Shown here piece after piece: positions 38,301 to 47,708 of a stretch of 64,000 nucleotides of DNA. Where the stretch lies: positions 1,624,302 to 1,688,301 of the forward strand of contig CBDEVZ010000008.1 of assembly GCA_965243735.1 (NCBI GenBank), given 5' to 3'. The DNA is from an uncultured Candidatus Binatia bacterium (GTDB taxonomy: Bacteria > Desulfobacterota > Binatia > Bin18). Each line of letters opens with the position of its first letter. Positions within the stretch are counted from its first letter, which is position 1. The notes under the pieces were generated by a model, which had not been told where the DNA came from, made no database searches, and saw nothing but the letters and a program-made list of their open reading frames with translations. The position numbers were made by a program, and so were the translations under genes.

Positions 38301-41300
38301 GTCGGAGCGGAGCACATGCACGCACGAGGAACAAGAAGAATGCTGCTGCTGCTGGTTCTCCCGGCGGTGCTGTCATTGTGTACAGGTGGTCACGTCCAGG
38401 CTCAGGAGCCCGCCAGCGTCCCGGGGGTCGAGAAGGTCGCTTTCACGGACGGGATAGCTCGTTACAAACTGAACGACATCATCGAAGTGACGGTGACGTT
38501 CAGCGAGGTCGTAGCCGTTACCGGCACACCGCAAATCGACCTGACCATCGGCTCCATGACCCGCCAAGCCGACTATCAAAGCGGCCCGCCCTCGACAGCC
38601 CTGGTCTTCCGCTACACCGTGATGGACACCGATGAAGACACCGACGACGACGGGGCCACGGTTGACGCCAACGGTCTGAAGTTGAACGGCGGCAGCATCA
38701 AAAAACACAATACCGACATTGATGCCGACCTGACGCACGAGGCGCATGTGGAGCCGAAGTATATTAACACGGTCGACGGCATCACGCCGGTCCTGTCGAC
38801 CGCAGCGGCGTACGGCGACCAACTCGTGCTGACCTACGACGACACACTCTGGCCATATTCGCGGACGCCCGCCAGCGCCTACGTCGTGAAGGTGAACAAT
38901 GCGGTGCGCGGTGCCAGCACCCCCTTGATAAGCCACCGTTTCGTCACGCTCACCCTCGCTTCGGCGGTGCTGCCAAGCGATCAGGTGACGGTGAGTTACA
39001 TCGTTGGAGAGCATCCCGTCCGGGACGAGGCGGGCAACCAGGTAGCGGCGCTGGTCAACCAGGCAGTGACGACCTCCGCTCCGTATGTCAGCAGTCTGGA
39101 GATCAGCTCGTCGCCGGCGGCCCGCCGAACCTACGCCGGGGGGGAAGTGATCGAACTCAGGGTGACGTTCAGCGAGAGCGTCACGGTCACGGGCGCCCCT
39201 CGGCTCTTACTCACGTTCGAAAGTACTGGCCCCTATGAACGAGCCGCGCCCTACGTGAGTGGGTCGGGGACGACCGTCCTGGTGTTCAAGTACACTGTTG
39301 CTGAGGGGCTCGACCGCTTCTTTGTGTGGGCTCTGCGCCTGCTTGGGCGTTGGCGGGAGGAGCTGACGGTCGGAGACGAAGACCCCGACGGGTTGAGCAT
39401 CGCCGTCGACGCGCTGGACCTGAACGACGGGACCATCCGCGACAGCGACAACCAGGACGCGCTGCTGGTCCTCGACGAACTGACGGATGTCGGGGGACAC
39501 AAGGTGGATGGTCTCTGGCCACAGTCGGACGTGCTGAATGATCCGTATGTCGTCAATGGGGCGACGCTGATGTTGCACTATGAGGAAATGCTGGACGAGA
39601 ACTCGGTCCCAGCCGGCGATGCGTTCGCGGTGACCGCCGGGGGAACGATGCACGCAGTCACCGACGTTTCGATAGACGACAGGACGGTCACACTGACACT
39701 CGACACTCCGGTTGGAGCAAACGACGCGGTACGGTTGAGTTATACGGCGCCGACTGGAACGGAGGCAATGCCCGTCCAGGACTTGGTCGGAAACGATGCG
39801 CAAGATTTTACCGACCGGCTGGTGAGGCCGCCATTGGGTATTAGCGTGTCTTTTGGTGCTGACCGGTACACCGTGGACGAAGGGCAGGCCGTAGAGGTCA
39901 CGGTCCGGCTGAGTGCAGACCCGGAGCGCCGGGTGGAGATTCCGTTGGCGCTCACACCTGGGGACAATGTAGAGGCGTCTGATTATACGGGCGTCCCGCA
40001 CACGGTTGTGTTCAAGAGCGATGAGCGTGAACAGTCCTTTTCCTTCAGTGCCCTCGCCGATCAGGAGAATGAGCAATCCGAGACCGTCACCATCGGCTTC
40101 GATGCGTCGCTACCGACCGGGATGGAGGCGGGGAGTCCCGCCACCACGGTCGTGACAATCGTGCAGCCGCCTCAGCAAGAGGGGAACGGCCGCGACGAGG
40201 GCAGCAGCAATACGGCGCCGAGCGGGCAGCCGACCATTGCCGGCACGGAGCAGGTGGGCGAGACACTGACGGTGGACGTGAGTGGGATTACGGATCCGAA
40301 CGGACTCACGCAGGCCAGCTTCAGATACGAGTGGGTGCGGGTGGCCGGCGGCAGCGAGACGACTATAGCGGGCGCGACGGGTAGCGCCTACACGGTAACG
40401 GCCGCAGATGTGGGCAGCCGGCTCAAGGTGCGGGTGGGCTTCACGGACGATAACGGGACAGACGAGGCAGTGGAGAGTGCGCTGACGGGAGTAGTGGCGG
40501 CGGCGCCGGCGCCAGAGAACGGGGGCAGCGGGGGCGGCGGGGGCGGCGGCAGGGGCAGTGGAGGCGGCGGTAGTAGCGGCGGGGGCAGTGGAGGAAGTGG
40601 GGACGGCGGCAGTGGCGGTAGCGGCAGCAGTGGGGGCGGCGGGGGGTCGTCAGCGGAGCCGGTCGGGTACTTGGAGAACCCAGGGGACAATTCCTTTCAG
40701 AGCGGGCTTGGGGTGATTTCGGGCTGGGTGTGTGCGGCCGATACCGTCGAGATTGAACTCAACGGGGTGCCGCGCGTGGCGGCGTACGGGACCGAGCGGT
40801 TGGACACCCAAGGCGAGTGCGGGGACACGGACAACGGCTTTGGGTTGCTGTTCAACTGGAACCTGCTCGGGGATGGCGAGCATGAGGTCGTGGCCTACGC
40901 GGATGGCATTGAGTTGGGCCGTGTCACGGTGACGGTGATCACGCTGGGCGCGGAGTTTCTGCGGGGCGTGGCAGGGGAGTGTGTGGTGGCCGACTTCCCG
41001 AGTGCGGGCGAAAGTGTGCGACTGGTATGGCAGGAGGCGCAGCAGAATTTCGTGCTGGCCGAGGGCGCTGCGCCCACGGGCGTGACCCAATCCGGGACGC
41101 CCGGCGTCGGGGTTCTGGAGAACCCGAGCCCACACTCCTTTCAGAGTGGGATTGGCGTGCTGTCGGGCTGGGTCTGCGAGGCGGAGGAAGTCGTTATTAC
41201 GATTGGCGACCTGGCCCCACAAGTAGCCGGCTACGGCACCGAGCGGCTGGACACGTTGGATGTCTGCGGGGACACCGACAATGGCTTCGGCTTGCTGTTC

Positions 41301-41519
41301 AACTGGAACCTGCTGGGCGACGGGGCGCACGAAGTGGTGGCCAGCGCAGATGGGGTCGAGTTGGGCCGGACCACAGTGCGGGTGACGACCTTGGGCGAGG
41401 AGTTTGTGCGGGGCGCTGTGGGGGAGTGTGTGGTGGCGGACTTCCCGCATCCGGGCGAGACGGTGACGCTCACCTGGCAGGAGTCCAGCCAGAACTTTGT
41501 GATTACCGATCTGGAGTGA
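38292..41519 (+). CDS. Giant secreted protein: signal peptide, multiple Ig-like (SwmB/SbsA-like, GTP.L.L..G...Y.SG motif) domains, Calx-beta, long Gly/Ser linker, tandem novel CTD (A 40663-41090, B 41108-41516); no PPC
   Basis: 1075-aa ORF. Signal peptide MLLLLVLPAVLSLCTGGHVQA begins at the third in-frame ATG (38340). Over 170 nt of its CTD-A are identical to gene 23576..31786. Confidence 0.85.
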   Translation: MLVVGAEHMHARGTRRMLLLLVLPAVLSLCTGGHVQAQEPASVPGVEKVAFTDGIARYKLNDIIEVTVTFSEVVAVTGTPQIDLTIGSMTRQADYQSGPPSTALVFRYTVMDTDEDTDDDGATVDANGLKLNGGSIKKHNTDIDADLTHEAHVEPKYINTVDGITPVLSTAAAYGDQLVLTYDDTLWPYSRTPASAYVVKVNNAVRGASTPLISHRFVTLTLASAVLPSDQVTVSYIVGEHPVRDEAGNQVAALVNQAVTTSAPYVSSLEISSSPAARRTYAGGEVIELRVTFSESVTVTGAPRLLLTFESTGPYERAAPYVSGSGTTVLVFKYTVAEGLDRFFVWALRLLGRWREELTVGDEDPDGLSIAVDALDLNDGTIRDSDNQDALLVLDELTDVGGHKVDGLWPQSDVLNDPYVVNGATLMLHYEEMLDENSVPAGDAFAVTAGGTMHAVTDVSIDDRTVTLTLDTPVGANDAVRLSYTAPTGTEAMPVQDLVGNDAQDFTDRLVRPPLGISVSFGADRYTVDEGQAVEVTVRLSADPERRVEIPLALTPGDNVEASDYTGVPHTVVFKSDEREQSFSFSALADQENEQSETVTIGFDASLPTGMEAGSPATTVVTIVQPPQQEGNGRDEGSSNTAPSGQPTIAGTEQVGETLTVDVSGITDPNGLTQASFRYEWVRVAGGSETTIAGATGSAYTVTAADVGSRLKVRVGFTDDNGTDEAVESALTGVVAAAPAPENGGSGGGGGGGRGSGGGGSSGGGSGGSGDGGSGGSGSSGGGGGSSAEPVGYLENPGDNSFQSGLGVISGWVCAADTVEIELNGVPRVAAYGTERLDTQGECGDTDNGFGLLFNWNLLGDGEHEVVAYADGIELGRVTVTVITLGAEFLRGVAGECVVADFPSAGESVRLVWQEAQQNFVLAEGAAPTGVTQSGTPGVGVLENPSPHSFQSGIGVLSGWVCEAEEVVITIGDLAPQVAGYGTERLDTLDVCGDTDNGFGLLFNWNLLGDGAHEVVASADGVELGRTTVRVTTLGEEFVRGAVGECVVADFPHPGETVTLTWQESSQNFVITDLE

Positions 41520-41640
41520 GCCGCCCCGTCGTCCCACCGGGGCAGTGGCTGACCGGTCAGTCCTCTTTTCCCGTCTTTTTCGCCGCTTCTGCTTATATGG
41601 GTAGTGCATTCCTCGTGCCAGTCGTGTATAGGAAGTGGCC
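41520..41640 (+). promoter_or_regulatory. Post-stop module M7 (degenerate): hairpins, CT tract, CTGCTTATATGGGTAGTG (41589-41606), TGTATAGGAAG box (~41624)
   Basis: Same layout as M1-M6 but the palindrome half-sites have mutated. Confidence 0.35.
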
Positions 41641-41689
41641 TTTTTGTCTGGCATCGGTACGCAGTCTGGACCAGAGGCATGACTGGGCT

Positions 41690-41815
41690 GGGCTGCACCC
41701 ATCGCCTGGGAGCCGCCTACGGCACCGCGCGGGCCGATACCGCTGAGACGGCAGAGGGCGAGGAGTTTCTGCGGGGTGTCACGGGCGAGACGGTTGTTCC
41801 TGACTTTCAGTATGC
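41690..41815 (+). pseudogene. Relic fragment of the novel CTD (...AAYGTARADTAETAEGEEFLRGVTGETVVPDF...) with no intact ORF
   Basis: One-frame translation of 41604..42020 contains a degenerate YGTERLDT...TTLGEEFLRGV.GECVV.DF block. Overlaps the 5' end of the ankyrin gene. Confidence 0.5.
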
Positions 41816-42576
41816 GTCGATTCTTGCATCCTTGCCTCTTCGTCCTGTGTCTGCTGGCGGGCGGGGCGTGGCCGGCGTGGGGCCAGTCGTTGTTAGACGC
41901 GACGTGGCTCGCAGCAGCGACGCCGGCCGAGGTGCACACGCTCCTGGAACGGGGGGCGGATCTGGCGGCGCGCACCCCGGATGGTCTCACGCCTTTACAC
42001 GTAGCGGCAGCGGGGAATAGTCAGCTGGCGGTGATCGACCTACTCCTGGAGCGGGGGGCGGATGTGGCGGCGCGTGACATGATCGGTGGGACGCCCCTGC
42101 ACTGGGCGGCGCGGCGCGGCCAGCCGGCGGTGGTCGGCCTGCTGCTGGAACGAGGGGCGGATGTGGCGGCGCAGACCACAGGCGGCGGGACGCCCCTGCA
42201 CTGGGCGGCGGCACAGAACCCGACGCCAGCGGTGGTGGAGTTGCTCCTGGAGCGAGGAGCGGATGTGGCGGCGCGCACCGAGACGGGTCGGACGCCCCTG
42301 CACTGGGCGGCGGCGCAGAACCCGACGCCGGCGGTGGTGGAGTTGCTCCTGGAGCGAGGGGCGGATGTGGCGGCGCGCACCGAGACGGGCCGGACGCCTT
42401 TGCACTGGGCGGCGGCACAGAACCCGACGCCGGCGGTGGTGGAGTTGCTCCTGGACCGGGGAGCGGATGCCACCGCTCAGGACGAGGATGGCAAGACGCC
42501 TGTGGATCTCGCGGCCGAGAACGTGGCGCTCACCGGCACGGCCGCGTACCGGCGGCTCCAGGCCGCGCGGTTTTGA
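41776..42576 (+). CDS. Secreted ankyrin-repeat protein (signal peptide + ~6 ANK repeats); start probably ATG 41812
   Basis: MRRFLHPCLFVLCLLAGGAWPAWGQ signal. Repeats G.TPLHWAA...VVELLLERGADVAA. Four near-identical 99-bp DNA units span 42180-42480. Confidence 0.8.
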   Translation: MSRARRLFLTFSMRRFLHPCLFVLCLLAGGAWPAWGQSLLDATWLAAATPAEVHTLLERGADLAARTPDGLTPLHVAAAGNSQLAVIDLLLERGADVAARDMIGGTPLHWAARRGQPAVVGLLLERGADVAAQTTGGGTPLHWAAAQNPTPAVVELLLERGADVAARTETGRTPLHWAAAQNPTPAVVELLLERGADVAARTETGRTPLHWAAAQNPTPAVVELLLDRGADATAQDEDGKTPVDLAAENVALTGTAAYRRLQAARF

Positions 42577-42667
42577 GCCTCGCTGCCCTGGCAAAAAGGG
42601 CGGGTATTCGATTCCCGCCGCCTCCATTCCTGTTTGATTTATCCTGTTCCCGCCCATTTCTTGACAG

Positions 42668-42700
42668 CCCCTGTAATGGGTACAGGGGCTTTTCTGTGAT
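42668..42700 (+). terminator. Rho-independent terminator (CCCCTGTA-ATGGG-TACAGGGG + CTTTTCTGTG)
   Basis: Perfect 8-bp stem followed by a T-rich run, downstream of the ankyrin gene. Confidence 0.5.
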
Positions 42701-42801
42701 TGTCGCTGGGCTGAAAGAGAGTGACGGGTACGCGCATTGACTTCGGTCGGCCCCGCGCGCTAGGGTCGGTGCCTGTTTGCCGCCACTACCAAGGAGGACG
42801 C

Positions 42802-43347
42802 ATGGCTCGTATTCCCTATCCCAATCCTGAAGACCTGCCGGAAGAGGTCCGCGCAGCAGCCGAAAAACTCCCGCCGCTCAATATCATGAAGATGTTTCTG
42901 AACGCGCCGACGAACGCCATCCCGCTGCTCGTTTTCGGTCAGTCCATTCTGACCCAACAAGAGTTGGACGCCCATCTGCGCGAGCTGGCCATCCTGCGGG
43001 TGGCGCATCTGACCGGAGCCACCTACGAGTGGACTCAGCATGTGCCCCTGGCCAAAGAGACGGGCGTGACAGACGCCCAGGTCGCGGCCCTGCCTCAGGG
43101 AGCTGACGCGGACGCTTTTGACGAGGTGGAAAAGGGCGTGCTGCGTTTTACCGACGAGTTTACCCAGGATGCCAAAGTGTCGGCCGAGACCTTCGCCGCC
43201 CTGGAGAAACATTTGGGGCCACGGCAGATGGTCGAGCTGGCCCTGGCCGCCGGATTCTATGGCATGGTGGCGCGGGTGATGGAGTCGTTTGAGGTCGAGT
43301 TGGAGTCCACGGCCGGGACGTATTCGATGGATCAGCTTCGCCGCTGA
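42802..43347 (+). CDS. Carboxymuconolactone decarboxylase (CMD/AhpD-like) family protein
   Basis: ORF 42721.. trimmed to ATG 42802, which is preceded by AAGGAGG. Family-like sequence pattern. Confidence 0.7.
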   Translation: MARIPYPNPEDLPEEVRAAAEKLPPLNIMKMFLNAPTNAIPLLVFGQSILTQQELDAHLRELAILRVAHLTGATYEWTQHVPLAKETGVTDAQVAALPQGADADAFDEVEKGVLRFTDEFTQDAKVSAETFAALEKHLGPRQMVELALAAGFYGMVARVMESFEVELESTAGTYSMDQLRR

Positions 43348-43426
43348 ATTCAGGCCGCGAGGGAAATCCGGGGAACTTTCGGGCGCCCGAAGAAACCGGT
43401 TCGTCCCCTGTCTTGAGGGCTGCGAC

Positions 43427-44644
43427 ATGGAAGACACCCAATCAATCCGCGCTCAGATCAGCTACGAAACCGACCGCAAGGGACCGCCCGAGGGCTTTCC
43501 GCAATTCCCCGACCTGCCGGGAAAACGGTACACCGATCCCCGTTTTTACGATCTGGAAAAGCAGCAGCTGTGGCGTAAAGCGTGGCTGTTTGCCGGGCAT
43601 ATGGATGAGATTCCAGAGCCGGGCTGTTTTAAGCTGTGGGAAACGGCCGGACAACCGGTTGTCATTGTCCATGCGCGTAGCGGCGAGGTCCGGGCGTACT
43701 ACAATACCTGCCGCCACCGCGGCGCACCGCTCGTCCGCGAGGCCAGCGGGAAAGCCGACCGCTTCACCTGTGGCTATCACGGCTGGACCTATAACCATGC
43801 CGGTGAGCTGATCGGTCTGCGCGATGAGCGCGATTTTGTCGATCTCGATTTTTCGTGTCGGTCGCTGTATCCAGTCCGTATTGAGCGGCTTGGCAAGTTT
43901 CTGTTCGCCAACTTTGACCCCGACGCCCGTCCGCTGACCCAAGAGCTGGCGCCCCTGCTTCCGCAGTGGGAGCAGTTTCAGTTCGAACGCCTGCGCTTTG
44001 TTCACAAAGACTCCTTCAACCTGAACTGCAACTGGAAGATCGCCATGGAATCCAACATGGAGGTCTATCATGTCCGGTCGATTCATCCGCAGACCGTTTC
44101 ACCCATGCTGGATCATCGCGGCAATGTGAATACCCTCTACCCGGGTGGACACGGGCGCATGATTGCGCCACTCAAAGCGCACAACCATACCGAGACTGCC
44201 GCAATCGTCGATGACCGGCCGGATATTGAAACCGTGGGTGAGATCCCGCGAACCTGTATCGTGTCTTTTAATATCGTGCCCAATCTTGTCTCGCCCATGA
44301 GTGAGAAGGGGCTGCCGATTTTTGCCTTCTGGCCAACCGGCATCAACACCACACGGCTTGAGCTGTGGTGGTTTGGAGAGGATTGGGGAACTGCGCCCAA
44401 ACCGAAGAGTTGGGACACGTATATCGACTATTTCAACGGAATTGTTGCCGAAGATACGCAGTTTGGTAACGGCATTCAGCGCGGAGTCGAGTCCTACGCC
44501 TTTGGCGGGGTGCCGCTAAGCTACCAGGAAGCCCGCCTGTATCACTGGCATCAAGCTGTCGATGAGATCATCGGGATCGAGCATATTCCGCCCGAACTTC
44601 GCGTCGCGCCGGTCATTGAGCCGGGCTGGATTTCGCACGCCTAG
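43427..44644 (+). CDS. Rieske [2Fe-2S] aromatic ring-hydroxylating oxygenase alpha subunit
   Basis: Rieske motif CRHRG...CGYHGWTY (CxH-x17-CxxH) and a downstream mononuclear-iron His region. ORF 43289.. trimmed to ATG 43427. Confidence 0.8.
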   Translation: MEDTQSIRAQISYETDRKGPPEGFPQFPDLPGKRYTDPRFYDLEKQQLWRKAWLFAGHMDEIPEPGCFKLWETAGQPVVIVHARSGEVRAYYNTCRHRGAPLVREASGKADRFTCGYHGWTYNHAGELIGLRDERDFVDLDFSCRSLYPVRIERLGKFLFANFDPDARPLTQELAPLLPQWEQFQFERLRFVHKDSFNLNCNWKIAMESNMEVYHVRSIHPQTVSPMLDHRGNVNTLYPGGHGRMIAPLKAHNHTETAAIVDDRPDIETVGEIPRTCIVSFNIVPNLVSPMSEKGLPIFAFWPTGINTTRLELWWFGEDWGTAPKPKSWDTYIDYFNGIVAEDTQFGNGIQRGVESYAFGGVPLSYQEARLYHWHQAVDEIIGIEHIPPELRVAPVIEPGWISHA

Positions 44645-44654
44645 CGCAAATAAC

Positions 44655-44800
44655 GATGCCGTGTAGCCCTTCGACTTCAGGCGCGCTGCGCCTTACGCTC
44701 AGGACCAACGGCTTCCCGTTCGTGCTGAGCGTAGCGGAGCGAAGTCGAAGCACGGATGCCGGATCGCGCTCGGCAGGGCTACAGCCTAACGTGAAACGCT
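44655..44800 (-). repeat. MITE-like repeat (half A type), reverse orientation
   Basis: Reverse complement of 44700-44800 aligns with 11286-11400, sharing GCGTTTCACGTTAGGCTGTAG and TGCTTCGACTTCGCTCCGCTACGCTCAGCACGAACGGGA. Long internal hairpin CTTCGACTTC...GAAGTCGAAG. Confidence 0.5.
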
Positions 44801-44828
44801 CTAAATGACCCCAGCGCGGTGTGCCGCG

Positions 44829-45701
44829 TCACACCTCGGCCAGCATCATCGCCGCGCAATTGGGGTAGCTCAGCCCATCGGTCCGTTTCGCACAGTAGCG
44901 AGCGTTTGCCTCTTGTGCTTCGACGCTTCGCGCTGTTGCAAAGCCACACGCCAATAACTGTTGCTCGAGTTGGGCCGGAGCCGAATAACTTTTGAAGGGT
45001 TCCAGCTCGCGCTGCGGCGAGTCCTGTAGCAGTTTCCCGGCGCGCCTGCCGATTCCACTCCAGCTCGTATCGGGCGTCATGAAGTCGGACACGAGTTGCG
45101 TCCCGGACGGACAGCTGGCCACGACGCGGGCCGTCTCAAGAACGTGTTCGATGGCAAGGTATGGCTGAACGCCGAGCCAGACAAAAAAGGCCGGTTTTTC
45201 GGGCTGAAACCCATGCTCCGCAAGCGTTGGTAGAAGCAAATCGGGTCCCTCGGTAAAGTCCATCTCAACGAAGTGCAGGGTGTTGTGAACGGGCAGACCA
45301 GCCTCGGCAAAAAGGCTGCGGGTCCATCTCGACGTGTCGGGATGATCCACGGCAAAGACCGGCACATCTGTCTCGGAGGCGAGCGACAGGTCCAAACCGG
45401 CTCCGAGCAGCACGATCTGCTCAAGGCCGCTGTCGAAAAACGTATCTCTCGTGAAACGCGAGCGGACAACGGTGAACATGCGCAGGCTTGCGGCGACCCG
45501 CAGCGCGTAGTGCGGGTCGCCATGCTGTGCCGCTGCGGCCTGCTGCTCCTGAAGTGCCGTCTCCAGCAGCTGCCGGTCAAGTTGCAACAGCGGCTGGGCA
45601 ACACGGTCGACGAAGATACTGGGCTGCGGATCCAGCACCATGTGGATGGCACGTAGTACAGCGGACAGTTCTGCCGTGAGGCTTCTGTGCCCGCGCCGCA
45701 T
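44829..45701 (-). CDS. Class I SAM-dependent methyltransferase (leucine carboxyl / TcmP-like O-methyltransferase family)
   Basis: VLLGAGLD...AVDHPD pattern typical of the LCM family. Confidence 0.65.
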   Translation of the reverse strand: MRRGHRSLTAELSAVLRAIHMVLDPQPSIFVDRVAQPLLQLDRQLLETALQEQQAAAAQHGDPHYALRVAASLRMFTVVRSRFTRDTFFDSGLEQIVLLGAGLDLSLASETDVPVFAVDHPDTSRWTRSLFAEAGLPVHNTLHFVEMDFTEGPDLLLPTLAEHGFQPEKPAFFVWLGVQPYLAIEHVLETARVVASCPSGTQLVSDFMTPDTSWSGIGRRAGKLLQDSPQRELEPFKSYSAPAQLEQQLLACGFATARSVEAQEANARYCAKRTDGLSYPNCAAMMLAEV

Positions 45702-45733
45702 ACCGGTCCTCCCCAGGACCCGAGCTGGGCGGC

Positions 45734-46567
45734 TTACTCCGGTTTGTTGAGGTGCATGCCGAGCAACTCATGCGCGACATGAAAGCCCAGATCCTGCACC
45801 AGCCGCTGCTTCCACTGTCGCCGCAGCACCGCACTCGTCATGCGTCGGATGGCGCGCGGCTTCTGCATGACCTTTTCGGCAATCTCCCAGGCCCGGTCCA
45901 GCAGACCGTCGAGCGGCAGCACCTCGTTGACCAGGCCCAGCTCCTTGGCCATCTGGGCGTCGATGGTGTCACTGGTGTACAGAAAGTAGGCGGCGCGTTT
46001 GAGCCCCATCAACTCCTGGAACGTCAAGCCCTGGCCGTCCCCGGGCACCAGGTTGAACTTGAAGTGCGGATCGAACAGCTCGGCGTGCTCCGCGCACAGC
46101 GTAATGTCGCACAGCAGGGCGAATTCGGTGTGTAAGCCCGAGCCGTTGATGCAGGCAATCGTGGGAATATCGATATTGAAGATGAAGGCTTCCAGCAGCT
46201 TGGTCGCGTCCGCGTAGATCTGATCGTAGAACACATCTGCGGTCATCTCGTGGAAGGGCAGCTTGGCCATTTCCGGGTCAAAGCCGGCGATCCACTTATC
46301 CCCCGTGCCGCTGAAGATCAGCACCTCGTTGTCGGGGTCGTTGCCGATGTCGATCCACAGCTGGGACCAGGCGTTGTGAATCGGCAGGCCGTAGATGACG
46401 GGCCCGCCGTCGGTGTGCATGTGCACCTGGAGGATGCCGTTGCGGCGCTCCATGTTGAAGTAGGTGGCGTATTTGTCGCGATAGTCCTCGAAGCGCGGTC
46501 GGCTCACAAAGCCCAGGCGTTGTTCCCGTTCGCGCGCATTCGGCCGTTCGTCAGTCTTCGTACTCAT
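45734..46567 (-). CDS. Enoyl-CoA hydratase/isomerase (crotonase) family protein
   Basis: Crotonase-fold pattern. Start trimmed to ATG 46567 (RBS GGAGGAG) because the listed start overlaps structured repeat copy 2. Confidence 0.8.
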   Translation of the reverse strand: MSTKTDERPNAREREQRLGFVSRPRFEDYRDKYATYFNMERRNGILQVHMHTDGGPVIYGLPIHNAWSQLWIDIGNDPDNEVLIFSGTGDKWIAGFDPEMAKLPFHEMTADVFYDQIYADATKLLEAFIFNIDIPTIACINGSGLHTEFALLCDITLCAEHAELFDPHFKFNLVPGDGQGLTFQELMGLKRAAYFLYTSDTIDAQMAKELGLVNEVLPLDGLLDRAWEIAEKVMQKPRAIRRMTSAVLRRQWKQRLVQDLGFHVAHELLGMHLNKPE

Positions 46568-46592
46568 GCGTCTCTCCTCCTTTACGTATGAT

Positions 46593-46731
46593 GCAAAAAG
46601 AAACCCACCCCGGCCTTCGGCCACCCCTCCGAGGAGGGGTGCCGCGCTAGCGGCGGGGTGGGTTCTCTGCGGCCCAGCGGCGTCTGCATAGCTGGTAGGA
46701 GCAGACTCTGGGTAACGTGCATCACACGTCC
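46593..46731 (+). repeat. ~140-nt structured repeat, copy 2
   Basis: Near-identical to 22630-22769; same nested-hairpin architecture. Confidence 0.5.
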
Positions 46732-46797
46732 TTTTTTCAGGTTCGGGCCGGTGTGGGTGCCCTGTCCCTCAGGGCGCCCTTGCGTAGCGATGCGACG

Positions 46798-47652
46798 TCA
46801 GCTGGCCGGCTTATCGAAGTCGCTGGAGCTGTGGCGCTCGATGAGTTGTTCTTCCTCTGGACCCCAGGACTTGTTCACGCGGCGGCCGCGCTGGACGGCG
46901 GGCCGGGCTTCAATGTCTTTTGTCCAGCGGATGACATGCGTGTACGACTGAACGTCCAGAAACTCAGCGGCTTCATAGATGTTCTGCCCGACTAAGGCGC
47001 CGTACCAGGCGTAGTTGGCGATGTCGGCGATGGTGTACTCGTCACCACACAGATACGGCCGGTCGCTGAGCTGACGATTCAACACATCGAGGAGGCGTTT
47101 TGTCTCCATGGCGAAGCGATTGATGGGGTACTCTAACCTTTCCGGCGCGTAGGCATAAAAATGCCCAAACCCGCCGCCTATGTAAGGAGCGCTGCCCATC
47201 TGAAAGAACAGCCACGACAGACATTCCGCGCGGGCGGACGGCTCGGTCGGTAGAAAGGCGCCGAACTTTTCCGCCAGATAGACGAGCATGGCGCCCGACT
47301 CAAAGACGCGCGTCGGGGGGCTGGTGCTGCGGTCAAGCAGCGCCGGAATTTTGGAATTGGGGTTGATGGCGACAAAGCCACTGCCGAATTGCTCACCCTC
47401 ACCAATGTTGATGAGGTAGGCATCGTACTCGGCCTCCTTGATGCCGAGTTCGAGGAATTCTTCCAGCAGGACGGTGACCTTGACGCCATTCGGCGTGGCC
47501 AGCGAATAGAGTTGCAGGTCGTGTTCGCCGACCGGCAGTTCTTTGTCGTGCGTCGCGCCGGAGATCGGTCTATTGATCTTTGCAAAACGACCACCACTTT
47601 CTTTGTCCCACTGCCAGACTTTCGGCGGTGTGTAGGTACTGTTTTCTGCCAT
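46798..47652 (-). CDS. Glutathione S-transferase, Nu-class (YghU/YfcG-like)
   Basis: Thioredoxin-like N-terminal domain plus helical C-terminal domain with an N-terminal extension, length 284 aa. Confidence 0.75.
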   Translation of the reverse strand: MAENSTYTPPKVWQWDKESGGRFAKINRPISGATHDKELPVGEHDLQLYSLATPNGVKVTVLLEEFLELGIKEAEYDAYLINIGEGEQFGSGFVAINPNSKIPALLDRSTSPPTRVFESGAMLVYLAEKFGAFLPTEPSARAECLSWLFFQMGSAPYIGGGFGHFYAYAPERLEYPINRFAMETKRLLDVLNRQLSDRPYLCGDEYTIADIANYAWYGALVGQNIYEAAEFLDVQSYTHVIRWTKDIEARPAVQRGRRVNKSWGPEEEQLIERHSSSDFDKPAS

Positions 47653-47708
47653 AGTTTCTCCTTTCAGCTGTGTGGAATGGTTTTCTGGAGTCTGCGTAAT
47701 GGGGCGGA

